From positions 224,001 to 288,000 of the forward strand of contig JAHJQN010000004.1 of the NCBI GenBank assembly GCA_018819225.1: 64,000 nucleotides of DNA, in the 5' to 3' direction. This document shows, one piece after another, positions 9,382-18,867 of the stretch. Below the pieces are notes generated by a model. The model worked only from the letters and a program-made list of their open reading frames with translations. It ran no database searches and was not told the DNA's origin. Source of the stretch: Candidatus Micrarchaeota archaeon (GTDB lineage: Archaea; Micrarchaeota; Micrarchaeia; Norongarragalinales; SBBD01). The position numbers and the translations under genes are program-made. How positions within the stretch are numbered: the first letter of the stretch is position 1; each line of letters starts with the position of its first letter.

Positions 9382-10809
9382 ATGAGCTGGCTGCAATCAC
9401 TGGCGCCCATCATCAACAATTTGCCGGAAGTAAAATCTCCGATCCGCGCGCCATCCCTCAAAGAAAAACTACTTTGGACCGGAGCCATCCTCCTCCTATT
9501 TTACATTCTAGGACAAATCTATCCTTTGGGCGTTGATGCCTCGAGATTGGTGCGTTTCGAACGACTTGAAATCTTGCTCGGCAGCCGAACCGGAACCCTG
9601 ATTACAACGGGAATTGGACCCATCGTGCTCGCCAGTATCTTCTTGCAACTAGCGGTCGGCTCGAAACTCATCAATATTGATTTGAGCCAGCAGGAAAACA
9701 AGAAGTTGTTTCAGGGACTGCAAAAGCTTCTCGCCATCGGACTGAGCATCATTGAAGGATTCATTTACGCGAAAAGCATCGTGGTATCCACGGATGCCGC
9801 AACACCGGCATTGTACGCAGCCAACATGGTACTGGGCTTTGCTACGCCGGGCCAGCTTGCAATCGCCGCACAACTCGCACTCGGCTCGATCATGCTGCTG
9901 TATATGGACGAGGTCACGCAAAAATACGGAATCGGCTCAGGCATCTCGCTCTTTATTGCAGCAGGAGTTACGCAAGCCGTTTTCATTGGAGCGTTCAGTA
10001 TTGCTTCGGAAGGAACGGCCATAGCCGGGCTTATACCGCAAGCGTTCATTGAAGTGTTCGGCGGTAACGTCGCTACCGCGTTTTGGGCGATTGTCCCCAT
10101 CCTGTTCACGATAGGCGTGTTCCTCGTCGTCGTTTATGCGGAAGGCATGCGCATCGAACTGCCTCTATCGTATGGAGGAGCACGGGGATTGGGAGCGCGC
10201 TACCCCATCAAATTCCTTTACGTTTCAGTTATCCCCGTCATTCTGGCAACGGCCGTGCTGCTTAACATACAGGTATTCGGTTTATTCTTGTTCAACGCAG
10301 GCATGCCCATTTTCGGCAATTATCAAAACAACCAGCCCGTGGACGGCCTCGCCTACTTTACGACGGCATTACCCTCGCCATTGTTAATCGTGGGAGGCTA
10401 TCCGGCGTATCTGGCGTTCATTTCCAACCCGCGCGAAATTCTTCATATTGTTACGTACGGTATAGCGCTAGTGTCGCTATGCATGGTATTCGGATGGTTC
10501 TGGATCGAAAGCACGGGAGCCAGTGCAGCCAACGTCGCGCAGCAGCTTGAAAAGACCGGTTTGCAAATACCGGGATTCCGGCAAGACACGCGCGTCACGG
10601 AAAGGATTTTGAACCGGTACATCCCAGTCATTACGGTTCTAGGGAGTTTGTTCGTGGGATTGCTGGCGTGGTTTGCGGACATCACGGGCGCTCTGGGAAC
10701 CGGTACCGGAATTCTTCTGACCGTCGGAGTATTATACCGATTCTACGAAGACTTGGCGAAACAGCAAGTATTTGAATTGTATCCCGCGCTTAAACGCGTC
10801 GTGCAATAA
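9382..10809 (+). CDS. secY: Protein translocase subunit SecY
   Basis: Multi-TM; GIGPIVLASIFLQL, KYGIGSGISLFIAAG, YPIKFLYVSVIP, GLQIPGFR, GTGTGILLTV. Confidence 0.97.
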   Translation: MSWLQSLAPIINNLPEVKSPIRAPSLKEKLLWTGAILLLFYILGQIYPLGVDASRLVRFERLEILLGSRTGTLITTGIGPIVLASIFLQLAVGSKLINIDLSQQENKKLFQGLQKLLAIGLSIIEGFIYAKSIVVSTDAATPALYAANMVLGFATPGQLAIAAQLALGSIMLLYMDEVTQKYGIGSGISLFIAAGVTQAVFIGAFSIASEGTAIAGLIPQAFIEVFGGNVATAFWAIVPILFTIGVFLVVVYAEGMRIELPLSYGGARGLGARYPIKFLYVSVIPVILATAVLLNIQVFGLFLFNAGMPIFGNYQNNQPVDGLAYFTTALPSPLLIVGGYPAYLAFISNPREILHIVTYGIALVSLCMVFGWFWIESTGASAANVAQQLEKTGLQIPGFRQDTRVTERILNRYIPVITVLGSLFVGLLAWFADITGALGTGTGILLTVGVLYRFYEDLAKQQVFELYPALKRVVQ

Positions 10810-10832
10810 ATGGAGCAGGTGAATCGACAAAC

Positions 10833-11315
10833 ATGGTTTTAGGACTCGAGGACTGGATCATTATTTTCCTTGCTGCAGGCGTGTTTTCGCTCATCGTCAA
10901 CTTCGCGAACCGAATTCTGGGAATCCGAAAACGCACCAACGAATTGCAGAAACAAGTAAATGCGTACCAGAAAGAGTATCAGGAAGCAGTCAAGAAGAAC
11001 GATGAAACGGAAATGGCGCGCCTGAAGAAACGAGAACCCGAAGTCATGAAAATGATGCAAGAAATGCTATTCCTCCCGTTCAAGAACATGATCGTCGTCA
11101 TCCCCATGTTTTTGATCGTGATCTGGATGGTCGGATCCGCGCTGCCGAACTTTGTCATCGATCTGCCCATTGCCCTTCACTTGAACGGAAACGAGTTGTT
11201 GGGATTAAACGTGTTCCAGTCGAGCACATACGGATCCCGAGGATTCTTCATCCTTTCCTCCGTGATATCGGGACTCGTCATTGAAGGCATTGCCGGAAAG
11301 CTTTTGAAACAATAA
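10833..11315 (+). CDS. DUF106 / EMC3-TMCO1 (Oxa1 superfamily) membrane protein
   Basis: TM-coiled coil-TM-TM layout with Met-rich linker; conserved archaeal position between secY and rpl34e. Confidence 0.85.
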   Translation: MVLGLEDWIIIFLAAGVFSLIVNFANRILGIRKRTNELQKQVNAYQKEYQEAVKKNDETEMARLKKREPEVMKMMQEMLFLPFKNMIVVIPMFLIVIWMVGSALPNFVIDLPIALHLNGNELLGLNVFQSSTYGSRGFFILSSVISGLVIEGIAGKLLKQ

Positions 11316-11332
11316 AGAGTTGAGCAAACACC

Positions 11333-11662
11333 ATGGTCGCACCAAGATTTAAGAGAATGAAACGCCGCGTCAAGAAGAGTCCTAAAGGACGACGGGTCGT
11401 CATATACAAACCCGGAAAGCCCGCAGGCGCGGTATGCGCGATATGCGACGCGCGATTGAATGCCGTCCCCAAACGGGATCCGACCGCGATGCGCAAGCTG
11501 GCCAAGACCGAAAAAAGGCCTGAACGAATCTTCGGAGGCGTCCTCTGCCACGCATGCGTCGAACAATTGATTAAAGAACGCATTCGTCTCCAATCCGGAG
11601 ACTTGCAGAAAGAAGATGTCGACCTCCTGCATCTGAAATACTTGGAGCGCATGAAAGGGTGA
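11333..11662 (+). CDS. rpl34e: 50S ribosomal protein eL34
   Basis: KSPKGR, CAICDARL, KTEKRPERIFGGVLCHAC. Confidence 0.93.
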   Translation: MVAPRFKRMKRRVKKSPKGRRVVIYKPGKPAGAVCAICDARLNAVPKRDPTAMRKLAKTEKRPERIFGGVLCHACVEQLIKERIRLQSGDLQKEDVDLLHLKYLERMKG

Positions 11663-12258
11663 ACCATGGCGTGCGCATTGCTATCTCGGGACTCGCCGGT
11701 TGTGGTAATACGACCGCGTGCAAGAATGTCGCTAAAACCTTGAAATTGAAGGTCGTAAACTTCACGCTCCGAAATCTCGCGGAAGAAATGGGCATGACGC
11801 TAGATGAAATACTGGATAAACGCAAAGACGACCCCAAATACGATTACCTGCTCGACCGAAAACAGATCAGCCTCGTTTCATCGGAAGACGACACGATTCT
11901 GGGAAGCCGGCTATCCAGCTGGCTCATCTACGCGGACTTGAAAGTATGGTTGGATGCGTCCCTGCGTGAACGAGCCGCCCGCATCGTGGAACGGGAAGAA
12001 CGCGAGTATTACGAAGTGCTGGTAGAAACCAAGAAACGGGACGAGGAAGACATTGCCACGTACAAAAAGCTATATGGAATCGACATCATGAAACACGATG
12101 AAATCGATCTCACGATCAACACGGAACGGTTTGATGCCAACGAGGTCGCGCAAATCATCATCAACACGGTACGCGTTCTCGAGGCCCGCAAGCCCAAGCA
12201 CAACCGATACACGCAACGCATCATGGACACCATCAACAAAAAAATCGGTAGAAGTTAG
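11659..12258 (+). CDS. cmk: Cytidylate kinase (archaeal type)
   Basis: IAISGLAGCGNTT P-loop variant, KVWLDASLRERAARI, YKKLYGID; conserved position after rpl34e. Confidence 0.85.
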   Translation: MNHGVRIAISGLAGCGNTTACKNVAKTLKLKVVNFTLRNLAEEMGMTLDEILDKRKDDPKYDYLLDRKQISLVSSEDDTILGSRLSSWLIYADLKVWLDASLRERAARIVEREEREYYEVLVETKKRDEEDIATYKKLYGIDIMKHDEIDLTINTERFDANEVAQIIINTVRVLEARKPKHNRYTQRIMDTINKKIGRS

Positions 12259-12279
12259 ATCATTCAACAGGTGACGAAA

Positions 12280-12444
12280 ATGCCAGCCATTCAAGTCGGA
12301 CAGAAATGCGTAAAAACGCGCGGCCGGAAAGCCGGAAAAACCGTGGAAGTCGTCAAAATCGTGGACGGCAGCTTCGTGCAAGTCAAGGACGCCAAAGGCA
12401 AAGTCAATCGCTGCAATGTCCTGCATTTGGAGCCGCTTCCTTAA
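12280..12444 (+). CDS. rpl14e: 50S ribosomal protein eL14 (54 aa, absent from ORF track)
   Basis: Manual translation MPAIQVGQKCVKTRGRKAGKTVEVVKIVDGSFVQVKDAKGKVNRCNVLHLEPLP; KOW motif, HLEP, AGGTGA SD, canonical cmk-rpl14e-cbf5 order. Confidence 0.9.
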   Translation: MPAIQVGQKCVKTRGRKAGKTVEVVKIVDGSFVQVKDAKGKVNRCNVLHLEPLP

Positions 12445-12481
12445 ACCCGCAGTCTTTCTCTCTTAAACGGGTGTACGGCAT

Positions 12482-13417
12482 TTGCACATCCTCCAAAAGC
12501 GTGAAGGAAAAAAAGGCGTTCGACCCCCAGAACGCTCGATGTCCGAACGGCTCCGATACGGCGTGGTCTGCATCAACAAGCCCCCGGGACCCTCTTCCCA
12601 CGAAGTATCGGCGTTCGTAAAGAAATTGCTTCGCGTGGAACGCACCGGCCATACGGGTACTTTGGATCAAAACGTTTCCGGCGTGCTCGTCGTCCTCATA
12701 AACGAATCCCGAAAAAGCGCGACGTATTTGATGCAAAGCCGCAAAACGTATGTCTGCGTCATGCGCACGGCTCAAGCCGTATCAAAAAGCGATTTGGAAG
12801 ACGCGTTTCAGCATTTCCGGGGGCCCATTTTTCAAAAACCGCCTGAAGCCAGCGCCGTACGAAGAGTCTTGAGAGTACGCCGCATCCATTCCCTTCAATT
12901 ACTGGAGATGGAAGGCAAATCGGTATTGTTCCAATGCGAATGCGATGCCGGAACCTATATCCGAAAACTCGTTTATGATATCGGAGAAATTCTCGGGATG
13001 GAAACCGAGATGAAGGAACTGCGAAGAATTGAAGCCGCCGGACTATCGGAATCGCGCGGCATCACGTTGCAACAGTTGGCCGACTATTACTGGCTCGCAA
13101 CAGAAAAAGGACGGCCAAAACACCTGGAAAGCGCCTTAATTCCCATCGAAGAAGTCATCGAAAAAGCGCTAAAGAAAGTCGTGGTGACGGATGAAGCCCT
13201 TTCCAGCATCAGTCACGGCGTTCCTCCACGCGTTTCCCAAATCGTGGAGATGCCCGATCGAATTCACGTCGGCGAAACGCTCTCAGGATTTACGCTGAAA
13301 GGCGAGCTCGCATTCATTCTGCAGGCGACGCTCTCCGAAAAAGAGATTCTCGAATTGCATGAAAAAGAGCACGACACGGAATTCGCGCGCGTGGTGCGAG
13401 TCGTGCACGCATTCTAG
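12482..13417 (+). CDS. cbf5: H/ACA RNA-guided pseudouridine synthase Cbf5 (TruB family)
   Basis: INKPPGPSSHEV, GHTGTLDQNVSG, IFQKPP..SAVRR, CDAGTYIRKL; divergent PUA-like C-terminus. Confidence 0.92.
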   Translation: MHILQKREGKKGVRPPERSMSERLRYGVVCINKPPGPSSHEVSAFVKKLLRVERTGHTGTLDQNVSGVLVVLINESRKSATYLMQSRKTYVCVMRTAQAVSKSDLEDAFQHFRGPIFQKPPEASAVRRVLRVRRIHSLQLLEMEGKSVLFQCECDAGTYIRKLVYDIGEILGMETEMKELRRIEAAGLSESRGITLQQLADYYWLATEKGRPKHLESALIPIEEVIEKALKKVVVTDEALSSISHGVPPRVSQIVEMPDRIHVGETLSGFTLKGELAFILQATLSEKEILELHEKEHDTEFARVVRVVHAF

Positions 13418-13515
13418 CGAAAGACGTTCGCTTATTAAACGTTGGCGTTTACAAACCTTCTTGCGCTACTGCTTTTGTTTGGTGTCGCTCTTTCGAAGCG
13501 CTAGCGAGGAATATT

Positions 13516-14742
13516 ATGACTCAAGCAGCCGTTAACATCGGAACCATCGGACACGTGGATCACGGAAAAACCACGTTAGTATCCGCTCTCACGGGCAAAT
13601 GGACGGACACGCACAGCGAAGAACTCAAGCGCGGCATTACCATTAAATTGGGTTACGCGGACGTGGAATTTCGTAAGTGCCCCAAATGTCCAGCGCCCCA
13701 ACAATACACCATAAAAAAAGTATGCGAAGAATGCAAATCGAAAACCGAGCCGCTGAGAAAAGTCTCTTTTTTAGACGCCCCCGGACACGAAACGCTGATG
13801 GCCACCGTCATTGCCGCTAGCAGCATCATGGACGCCGCGCTCTTCGTCATTTCCGCCAACGAAAAGTGTCCGCAACCCCAAACCATCGAACATTTAGCGG
13901 TATTGGAAGCCGCAGAAATCGAACACGTGGTGATCGCGCAAAGCAAAGTGGATTTGGTTCCTAAAAGCCGCGCGCTCGAACACTATAAGGAAATCAAAGC
14001 GTTCTTGAAAGGCACGCGGTATGAAAACTCGGTCATTGTTCCGACGGCCGTCACCGCCCCGAAAAGCTTGCACTCACTCATTCAAGCCATTGAAGAAAAC
14101 ATTCCCACGCCCAAACGAGAGAACGATAAGCCCGCCCGGATGCTGATCGCACGCAGTTTTGACGTCAACAAACCCGGTACCGCGATAACGAAAATCGTGG
14201 GAGGCGTTCTCGGAGGCAGCATCGTGACCGGAACATTAAAAGTAGGGGACGAAATCGAAATTTCTCCCGGAATACTCAAGAAGAAAAAGGATCGCGAAGA
14301 ATACGAGCGTTTCCAGACGCGCATTGTTTCCTTGAACGCGGGAGGAGAAATGCTGCAGAAAGCGTTTCCAGGCGGTCTGATCGGAGTCGCCACTTCCGCG
14401 GATCCTGCTCTGACGAGAGCCGATTCGGTCGGAGGCAATCTGTTGGGCATGAAAGGTTCTTTACCGCCGGTTCAAAAACAAGTGCGCGTCGACATTGAAC
14501 CGTTGAAACGAACGCTGGACCTATTCAAGGCGGCTGCGGGCATCAACGAACCGCTGGTGCTCGGAATCGGTACGAACACGACCATAGGATTCATCGTCGA
14601 TCGCAAGAAAAAAATTGCCACCATCAAGCTCAAGAAACCGATTTGCGCCAACGTGGGAGAGAAAATGGCCGTCATGCGGCGAGCCAACAACCGCTGGCAC
14701 TTATACGGAACCGCGACCATATTGGAGGATAAAAACCCTTAG
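13516..14742 (+). CDS. eif2g: Translation initiation factor 2 gamma subunit
   Basis: GHVDHGKTT, EELKRGITIKLGYA, Zn knuckle, DAPGHETLM, RSFDVNKPG. Confidence 0.97.
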   Translation: MTQAAVNIGTIGHVDHGKTTLVSALTGKWTDTHSEELKRGITIKLGYADVEFRKCPKCPAPQQYTIKKVCEECKSKTEPLRKVSFLDAPGHETLMATVIAASSIMDAALFVISANEKCPQPQTIEHLAVLEAAEIEHVVIAQSKVDLVPKSRALEHYKEIKAFLKGTRYENSVIVPTAVTAPKSLHSLIQAIEENIPTPKRENDKPARMLIARSFDVNKPGTAITKIVGGVLGGSIVTGTLKVGDEIEISPGILKKKKDREEYERFQTRIVSLNAGGEMLQKAFPGGLIGVATSADPALTRADSVGGNLLGMKGSLPPVQKQVRVDIEPLKRTLDLFKAAAGINEPLVLGIGTNTTIGFIVDRKKKIATIKLKKPICANVGEKMAVMRRANNRWHLYGTATILEDKNP

Positions 14743-14750
14743 AAAAAAAG

Positions 14751-14851
14751 CGGGCCCGCCGGGATGTTCGCGGTCAAGAGCATTCGACCGATTCGAACCC
14801 GGATCTAAAGCTCCGCAAGCTTCCGTTCTGTCCAGGTTATACTACGGGCCC
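14751..14851 (-). tRNA. tRNA-Arg(GCG) with 27-nt non-canonical intron in the T-loop (position 59/60; intron 14765-14791)
   Basis: Minus strand GGGCCCG TA GTAT AACCTGGACA GAAC G GAAGC TTGCGGA GCTTT AGAT CCGGG TTCGAA[TCGGTCGAATGCTCTTGACCGCGAACA]T CCCGG CGGGCCC G; intron forms a bulge-helix-bulge. Confidence 0.93.
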
Positions 14852-14918
14852 AATAAAAAACGTTAATGCATTTACACGAAAAAGAATTTAAAGTCATGGA
14901 CCAATGAGGAATGGAACT

Positions 14919-15071
14919 ATGAAAGCATGTACCTCTTGTGGAAGAACAACGGAAGACTTCACGGCATTCCCGTGCCCGAAATGCGGACAAAAGGAACTCG
15001 TCCGTTGTAAGGCCTGCCGGGAAAACGTGAACGCCTACTCGTGCACCGAATGCGGCTTCGAAGGACCATAA
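14919..15071 (+). CDS. Small Zn-finger protein, DUF1610/HVO_2753-like (50 aa, absent from ORF track)
   Basis: Manual translation MKACTSCGRTTEDFTAFPCPKCGQKELVRCKACRENVNAYSCTECGFEGP; four CxxC motifs and terminal CGFEGP. Confidence 0.9.
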   Translation: MKACTSCGRTTEDFTAFPCPKCGQKELVRCKACRENVNAYSCTECGFEGP

Positions 15072-15086
15072 GGCGATCCGCGCACA

Positions 15087-15515
15087 ATGAAAAAGCGCAA
15101 AGTCATGGCCTTTGGAGGCTTCGACGTACTGCACCTTGGCCACGTCCAGTTCCTGAAAGAAGCAAAAAAGAAGGGGGACGAACTCGTCGTCGTGGTCGCG
15201 CGAGACCGCGTGCTCCGACACGTCAAACACCACGAACCCTATTTCAAGGAAGCCGAGCGCCTGGAACTCCTTTCGAGCTTAAAATGCGTGGACCGCGCCA
15301 TTCTAGGAGACCAACACAACACGTTGCTACCCATTAAATGGGAACGCCCCCAAGTCATCGTTCTCGGATACGATCAACCTAAACGCATTCCGGAATTGAG
15401 ACGCGAGCTCCTCGCGATGGGCATCCGCATCGAAAAAATCGTGCGGGCAAAACCGTACGGCACCCGAAGGCATAAAAGCAAGAAAGTCAAGCACTATTTC
15501 GAACGATTCGTTTAG
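15087..15515 (+). CDS. ribL: FAD synthase RibL / cytidylyltransferase-like nucleotidyltransferase
   Basis: GGFDVLHLGH (HxGH), LVVVVARD, VIVLGYDQ. Confidence 0.8.
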   Translation: MKKRKVMAFGGFDVLHLGHVQFLKEAKKKGDELVVVVARDRVLRHVKHHEPYFKEAERLELLSSLKCVDRAILGDQHNTLLPIKWERPQVIVLGYDQPKRIPELRRELLAMGIRIEKIVRAKPYGTRRHKSKKVKHYFERFV

Positions 15516-15549
15516 CACGGGATGTTATCGCACGCGCATGACCGAATAG

Positions 15550-16644
15550 TCAGAGCATGAATCCATACGCGTCCTCTAACAAACCGGCCCCCTTCTTCAA
15601 CGTTCGACCGGCTAACGCGATTCCTCCCTCCTCCGGATAGGCATCGACCGCATACTGATCGTAAAGGAATTCACCCGTGCTCTTGAACAAGAAGCGATGC
15701 TTCGCCTTGGGATACAAGTGTAATAACAAACGCCCCTTTCCATCGCGAATCACCCAGGAAGAACGATCCGCATCCCGCGAAATGGACGTCCCGGAAAGCG
15801 TGCGCTGTCGGCCGGTACGCGCGTCCCAGAACGTGGAGCGAGAAGGCGATATGGAACCGAACGAGTGACTCGGAACGAATCGCAGAGAAAACACGTCGAG
15901 TATGCTGCCGTCTGGAAAGTGAATGCGCGCCCAATTCCAGGGAATAAACGGACCCACCGCCACGACTTTCTGCAAATATCCGTGACCGGAAACCGGTTTT
16001 CCGTAAAGCGTTCCCTTGAATGTCGGGAATACATTCACGAGCTCGAAACCGAATACCGACGTCGAAAAATGTCCGATTTCATACGGTTTTCCGGATCGAG
16101 GAGCGGAAAACGAGATCGATGCAATCCGTTGACCGTTCTCTCGAATGGAAAACGAGTAGAACGGGTATTTTCCAGTAAGCGAAACGCGTTTCGAACGATC
16201 TTCCAGCGCGTTTTCAGGAGAATTTCGAACGGAAAAAACGGATTGAAATCCTTTAGAACGTTTTTTCTTTCCGGAGTACGACCAGTACTCGCATACGAGC
16301 GGGATCTCGGTTTTCGGCGACGCGGCATGCGATTCCTTCAAGCGACGCCGATTGATATTTACGGTTCCTTGCGCTCGACCGAACATGACCACGAGATGAT
16401 TTAGGGTTTTCGCGTCCGACACGTAAAGAAACCAGTACTCTTTACCGAATACCGGCAGTTCCTCGAATTGGAAGAACATGCGATCAACCCCGGCGTGGCG
16501 ATGCCTTTGGGAAAACAGGAGGGATAACGGTTTAATTTTTTGCAGAGGCCACTCAAAATCATGCAGGTGCCGGCGTTGGGACCGCGATAAACGCGCGATC
16601 ACGCGATTCAAGGAAGGAAACCGGGCACGAGAGGGCATGAACAC
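15550..16644 (-). CDS. Hypothetical beta-rich protein, AttH/CrtC/tocopherol-cyclase-like fold suspected
   Basis: KEYWF, G..SGHGYLQKV, PWNWARIHFPDG, terminal GAGLLE. Confidence 0.6.
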   Translation of the reverse strand: MFMPSRARFPSLNRVIARLSRSQRRHLHDFEWPLQKIKPLSLLFSQRHRHAGVDRMFFQFEELPVFGKEYWFLYVSDAKTLNHLVVMFGRAQGTVNINRRRLKESHAASPKTEIPLVCEYWSYSGKKKRSKGFQSVFSVRNSPENALEDRSKRVSLTGKYPFYSFSIRENGQRIASISFSAPRSGKPYEIGHFSTSVFGFELVNVFPTFKGTLYGKPVSGHGYLQKVVAVGPFIPWNWARIHFPDGSILDVFSLRFVPSHSFGSISPSRSTFWDARTGRQRTLSGTSISRDADRSSWVIRDGKGRLLLHLYPKAKHRFLFKSTGEFLYDQYAVDAYPEEGGIALAGRTLKKGAGLLEDAYGFML

Positions 16645-16686
16645 CCTTCACCCTCGCGAAATAAATAGGTTTTGTCTTTCGCGAAA

Positions 16687-16848
16687 CTAATGATGCGCGT
16701 CGATTTTAATGGCCGCAATAATTAACAGGGCGATAAAAACCATGCCCGCGTTCATGAAGCTGCCGATACGGTAGTGAGAATTAATGATTAGAATTCCCAG
16801 TAGCGCGACAACGATCCAGTTCCAGCTTGAATCCCAAACGAATACCAT
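16687..16848 (-). CDS. Small two-TM membrane protein (~53 aa)
   Basis: MVFVWDSSWNWIVVALLGILII...MVFIALLIIAAIKIDAHH; starts 10 nt after the upstream small ORF. Confidence 0.55.
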   Translation of the reverse strand: MVFVWDSSWNWIVVALLGILIINSHYRIGSFMNAGMVFIALLIIAAIKIDAHH

Positions 16849-16858
16849 TTCGAACGCC

Positions 16859-17008
16859 TTATCCCGCAAACCAGTCTTTTCCCACCCAAACAACGAGAAT
16901 CAAGAGCACTAAGAAAAACGAAGGCGTCCACATGTCGACGTACTGCGTACCAATTACCGTTAAAAATAAGAGCCCGGCTAACCCCCACAACACGTTGTCG
17001 TCCATCAT
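16859..17008 (-). CDS. Small two-TM membrane protein (~49 aa)
   Basis: MMDDNVLWGLAGLLFLTVIGTQYVDMWTPSFFLVLLILVVWVGKDWFAG; start uncertain. Confidence 0.55.
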   Translation of the reverse strand: MMDDNVLWGLAGLLFLTVIGTQYVDMWTPSFFLVLLILVVWVGKDWFAG

Positions 17009-17083
17009 GTCCACGAGATATTCACACGCTATTCCCGAAAATGCAGGTATATATGCATTTTCCACGCGTCGAACGGGAAAACC

Positions 17084-17091
17084 TTTTTAAA
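17084..17091 (+). promoter_or_regulatory. Putative TATA box for tuf-rps10
   Basis: TTTTTAAA preceded by purine-rich GGGAAAA (BRE-like), ~125 nt upstream of tuf. Confidence 0.45.
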
Positions 17092-17217
17092 CGTTCAATG
17101 GCAATAAATTTGAGCAGTCGATAGGCTTAACATGGCTGATTCTGAAGGGCAACCAATGCACCCTAAAGGGGTTACGCGGCGCGTCCTTCCAAAAAACGAT
17201 ATAGTGGGTGGGAAAAC

Positions 17218-18489
17218 ATGGCAGATAAACCGCATCTGAATCTCATTTTTACGGGTCACGTGGACCACGGTAAGTCGACGCTAGTCGGCCGCCTGTTGTA
17301 CGATACAGGCGCATTATCCGAGAACGACCTCCGCAAGCTTAAGGAGGAAGCCGAAAAAGTTGGAAAAGCGACTTTCGAATTCGCTTTCGCTATGGACCAA
17401 CTCAAGGAAGAGCGCGAACGAGGCGTCACGATCGATATTGCGCACAAAGACTTTCACACGCAAAAGTACTACTTTACGATCATTGACGCGCCTGGACACA
17501 AGGACTTCGTCAAGAACATGATTACGGGGGCATCGCAAGCCGACGCAGCCGTACTCGTGTGTTCAGCGAAGGATGGGGTGCAGGCTCAAACCATCGAGCA
17601 CGCGTTCTTGCTGAAAGTGTTAGGGGTACAACAATTCATCTTCGCGATCAACAAGATGGACGCCGTCAATTTTGATAGTGCAAAGTACGAGGAAACGAAG
17701 AACGCCTTGCATACAAAGCTCAAGCCCATGGGATACCCCGTGGACAAGATCGCCACCATTCCCGTGAGCGCGTATACGGGAGACAACGTGGCCAAGAGAA
17801 GCGAGAAAATGGCGTTTTATACGGGACCGACGTTCATCGAGGCGTTGGACGCGTTGAACATTCCCAAGAAGGCTACGGACAAGCCATTGCATCTCCCCAT
17901 CCAGGAAGTGTTCACGATCACGGGACAAGGAACGGTTCCCGTCGGCCGCGTAGAATCCGGAATCATGAAACCCAACCAGAAAGTGATTATCATGCCGGAA
18001 GGCTCGATTGGGGAAGTGAAAAGCATTGAAATGCATCACCAGCAGCTCGAGCAAGCGGTTCCCGGAGACAACGTGGGATTCGCGTTGAAGGGAATTGACA
18101 AGAAAAGCATTCGGAGAGGCAGTGTCGTAGGCGAACCCGCGAACCCGCCGACCGTTGTCGAAGAGTTCACCGCTCAAATCGTGGTGTTAAACCATCCGAC
18201 CGCAATCGGTAAGAACTACACGCCGGTATTCCACCTGCATACGGCTCAAGTAGCGTGCGCAATAACGGAGATCCTTGAAAAGAAGGATCCCAAGACCGGT
18301 CAAACCATGCAGAAGAATCCGGACTTCCTCAAGACCGGGGATGTAGCGATCGTCAAGATCAAGCCCTCGCGCGCCATCTCGTGCGAGAAGTACTCGGAAT
18401 ACCCTGCACTCGGCCGGTTCGCCATGCGCGACATGGGTCAAACCGTGGCCGCAGGAATTATTCTGGACGTGGTGCCTCGAAAAGCTTGA
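17218..18489 (+). CDS. tuf: Elongation factor 1-alpha
   Basis: [53 protein letters not shown]. Confidence 0.98.
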   Translation: MADKPHLNLIFTGHVDHGKSTLVGRLLYDTGALSENDLRKLKEEAEKVGKATFEFAFAMDQLKEERERGVTIDIAHKDFHTQKYYFTIIDAPGHKDFVKNMITGASQADAAVLVCSAKDGVQAQTIEHAFLLKVLGVQQFIFAINKMDAVNFDSAKYEETKNALHTKLKPMGYPVDKIATIPVSAYTGDNVAKRSEKMAFYTGPTFIEALDALNIPKKATDKPLHLPIQEVFTITGQGTVPVGRVESGIMKPNQKVIIMPEGSIGEVKSIEMHHQQLEQAVPGDNVGFALKGIDKKSIRRGSVVGEPANPPTVVEEFTAQIVVLNHPTAIGKNYTPVFHLHTAQVACAITEILEKKDPKTGQTMQKNPDFLKTGDVAIVKIKPSRAISCEKYSEYPALGRFAMRDMGQTVAAGIILDVVPRKA

Positions 18490-18561
18490 TTCAGTAAGTG
18501 GATAGGGTCCTTCGTCTTTGCAAAGGGCCTCTTTCAACTTTTTTGGTTTTATGGGATCTTT

Positions 18562-18867
18562 ATGAACCGCGCTCGCATCAAACTCGAAAGCAAGGAATAC
18601 ACGGACTTGGACGCGGTCTGCGTTCAAATCAAGGATATTGCCAGGAAAGCGGGCGTTGAGCTCAAGGGACCCATTCCACTGCCGACAAAAAAACTTCGCA
18701 TCTCTACGCGGAAGACGCCGTGCGGGGATGGAAGCGACACGTACGAAAAGTGGGAAATGCGCGTGCACAAGCGCTTGATCGAGATCAAGGCAGACGACCG
18801 CGTGCTGCGCGACATCATGCGCATCCGCATTCCTGATAGCGTCCACGTCGAAATGCTTCTAAACTAG
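18562..18867 (+). CDS. rps10: 30S ribosomal protein uS10
   Basis: GPIPLPTK, RKTPCGDGSDTYEKWEMRVHKRLI; follows tuf. Confidence 0.97.
   Translation: MNRARIKLESKEYTDLDAVCVQIKDIARKAGVELKGPIPLPTKKLRISTRKTPCGDGSDTYEKWEMRVHKRLIEIKADDRVLRDIMRIRIPDSVHVEMLLN

Noticed and set aside
12482-13417. Intron in cbf5, as in some Crenarchaeota
   Set aside because: The reading frame is continuous through the catalytic GTLD motif.
14805-15233. 142-aa minus-strand ORF
   Set aside because: Antisense to the Zn-finger and ribL genes and overlaps tRNA-Arg; shadow ORF, like most short antisense ORFs in the track.
18506-18550. Hairpin plus T-tract between tuf and rps10 as a terminator/attenuator
   Set aside because: The stem is short with a G-U pair and archaeal terminators are poorly predictable from sequence; not enough support to call.
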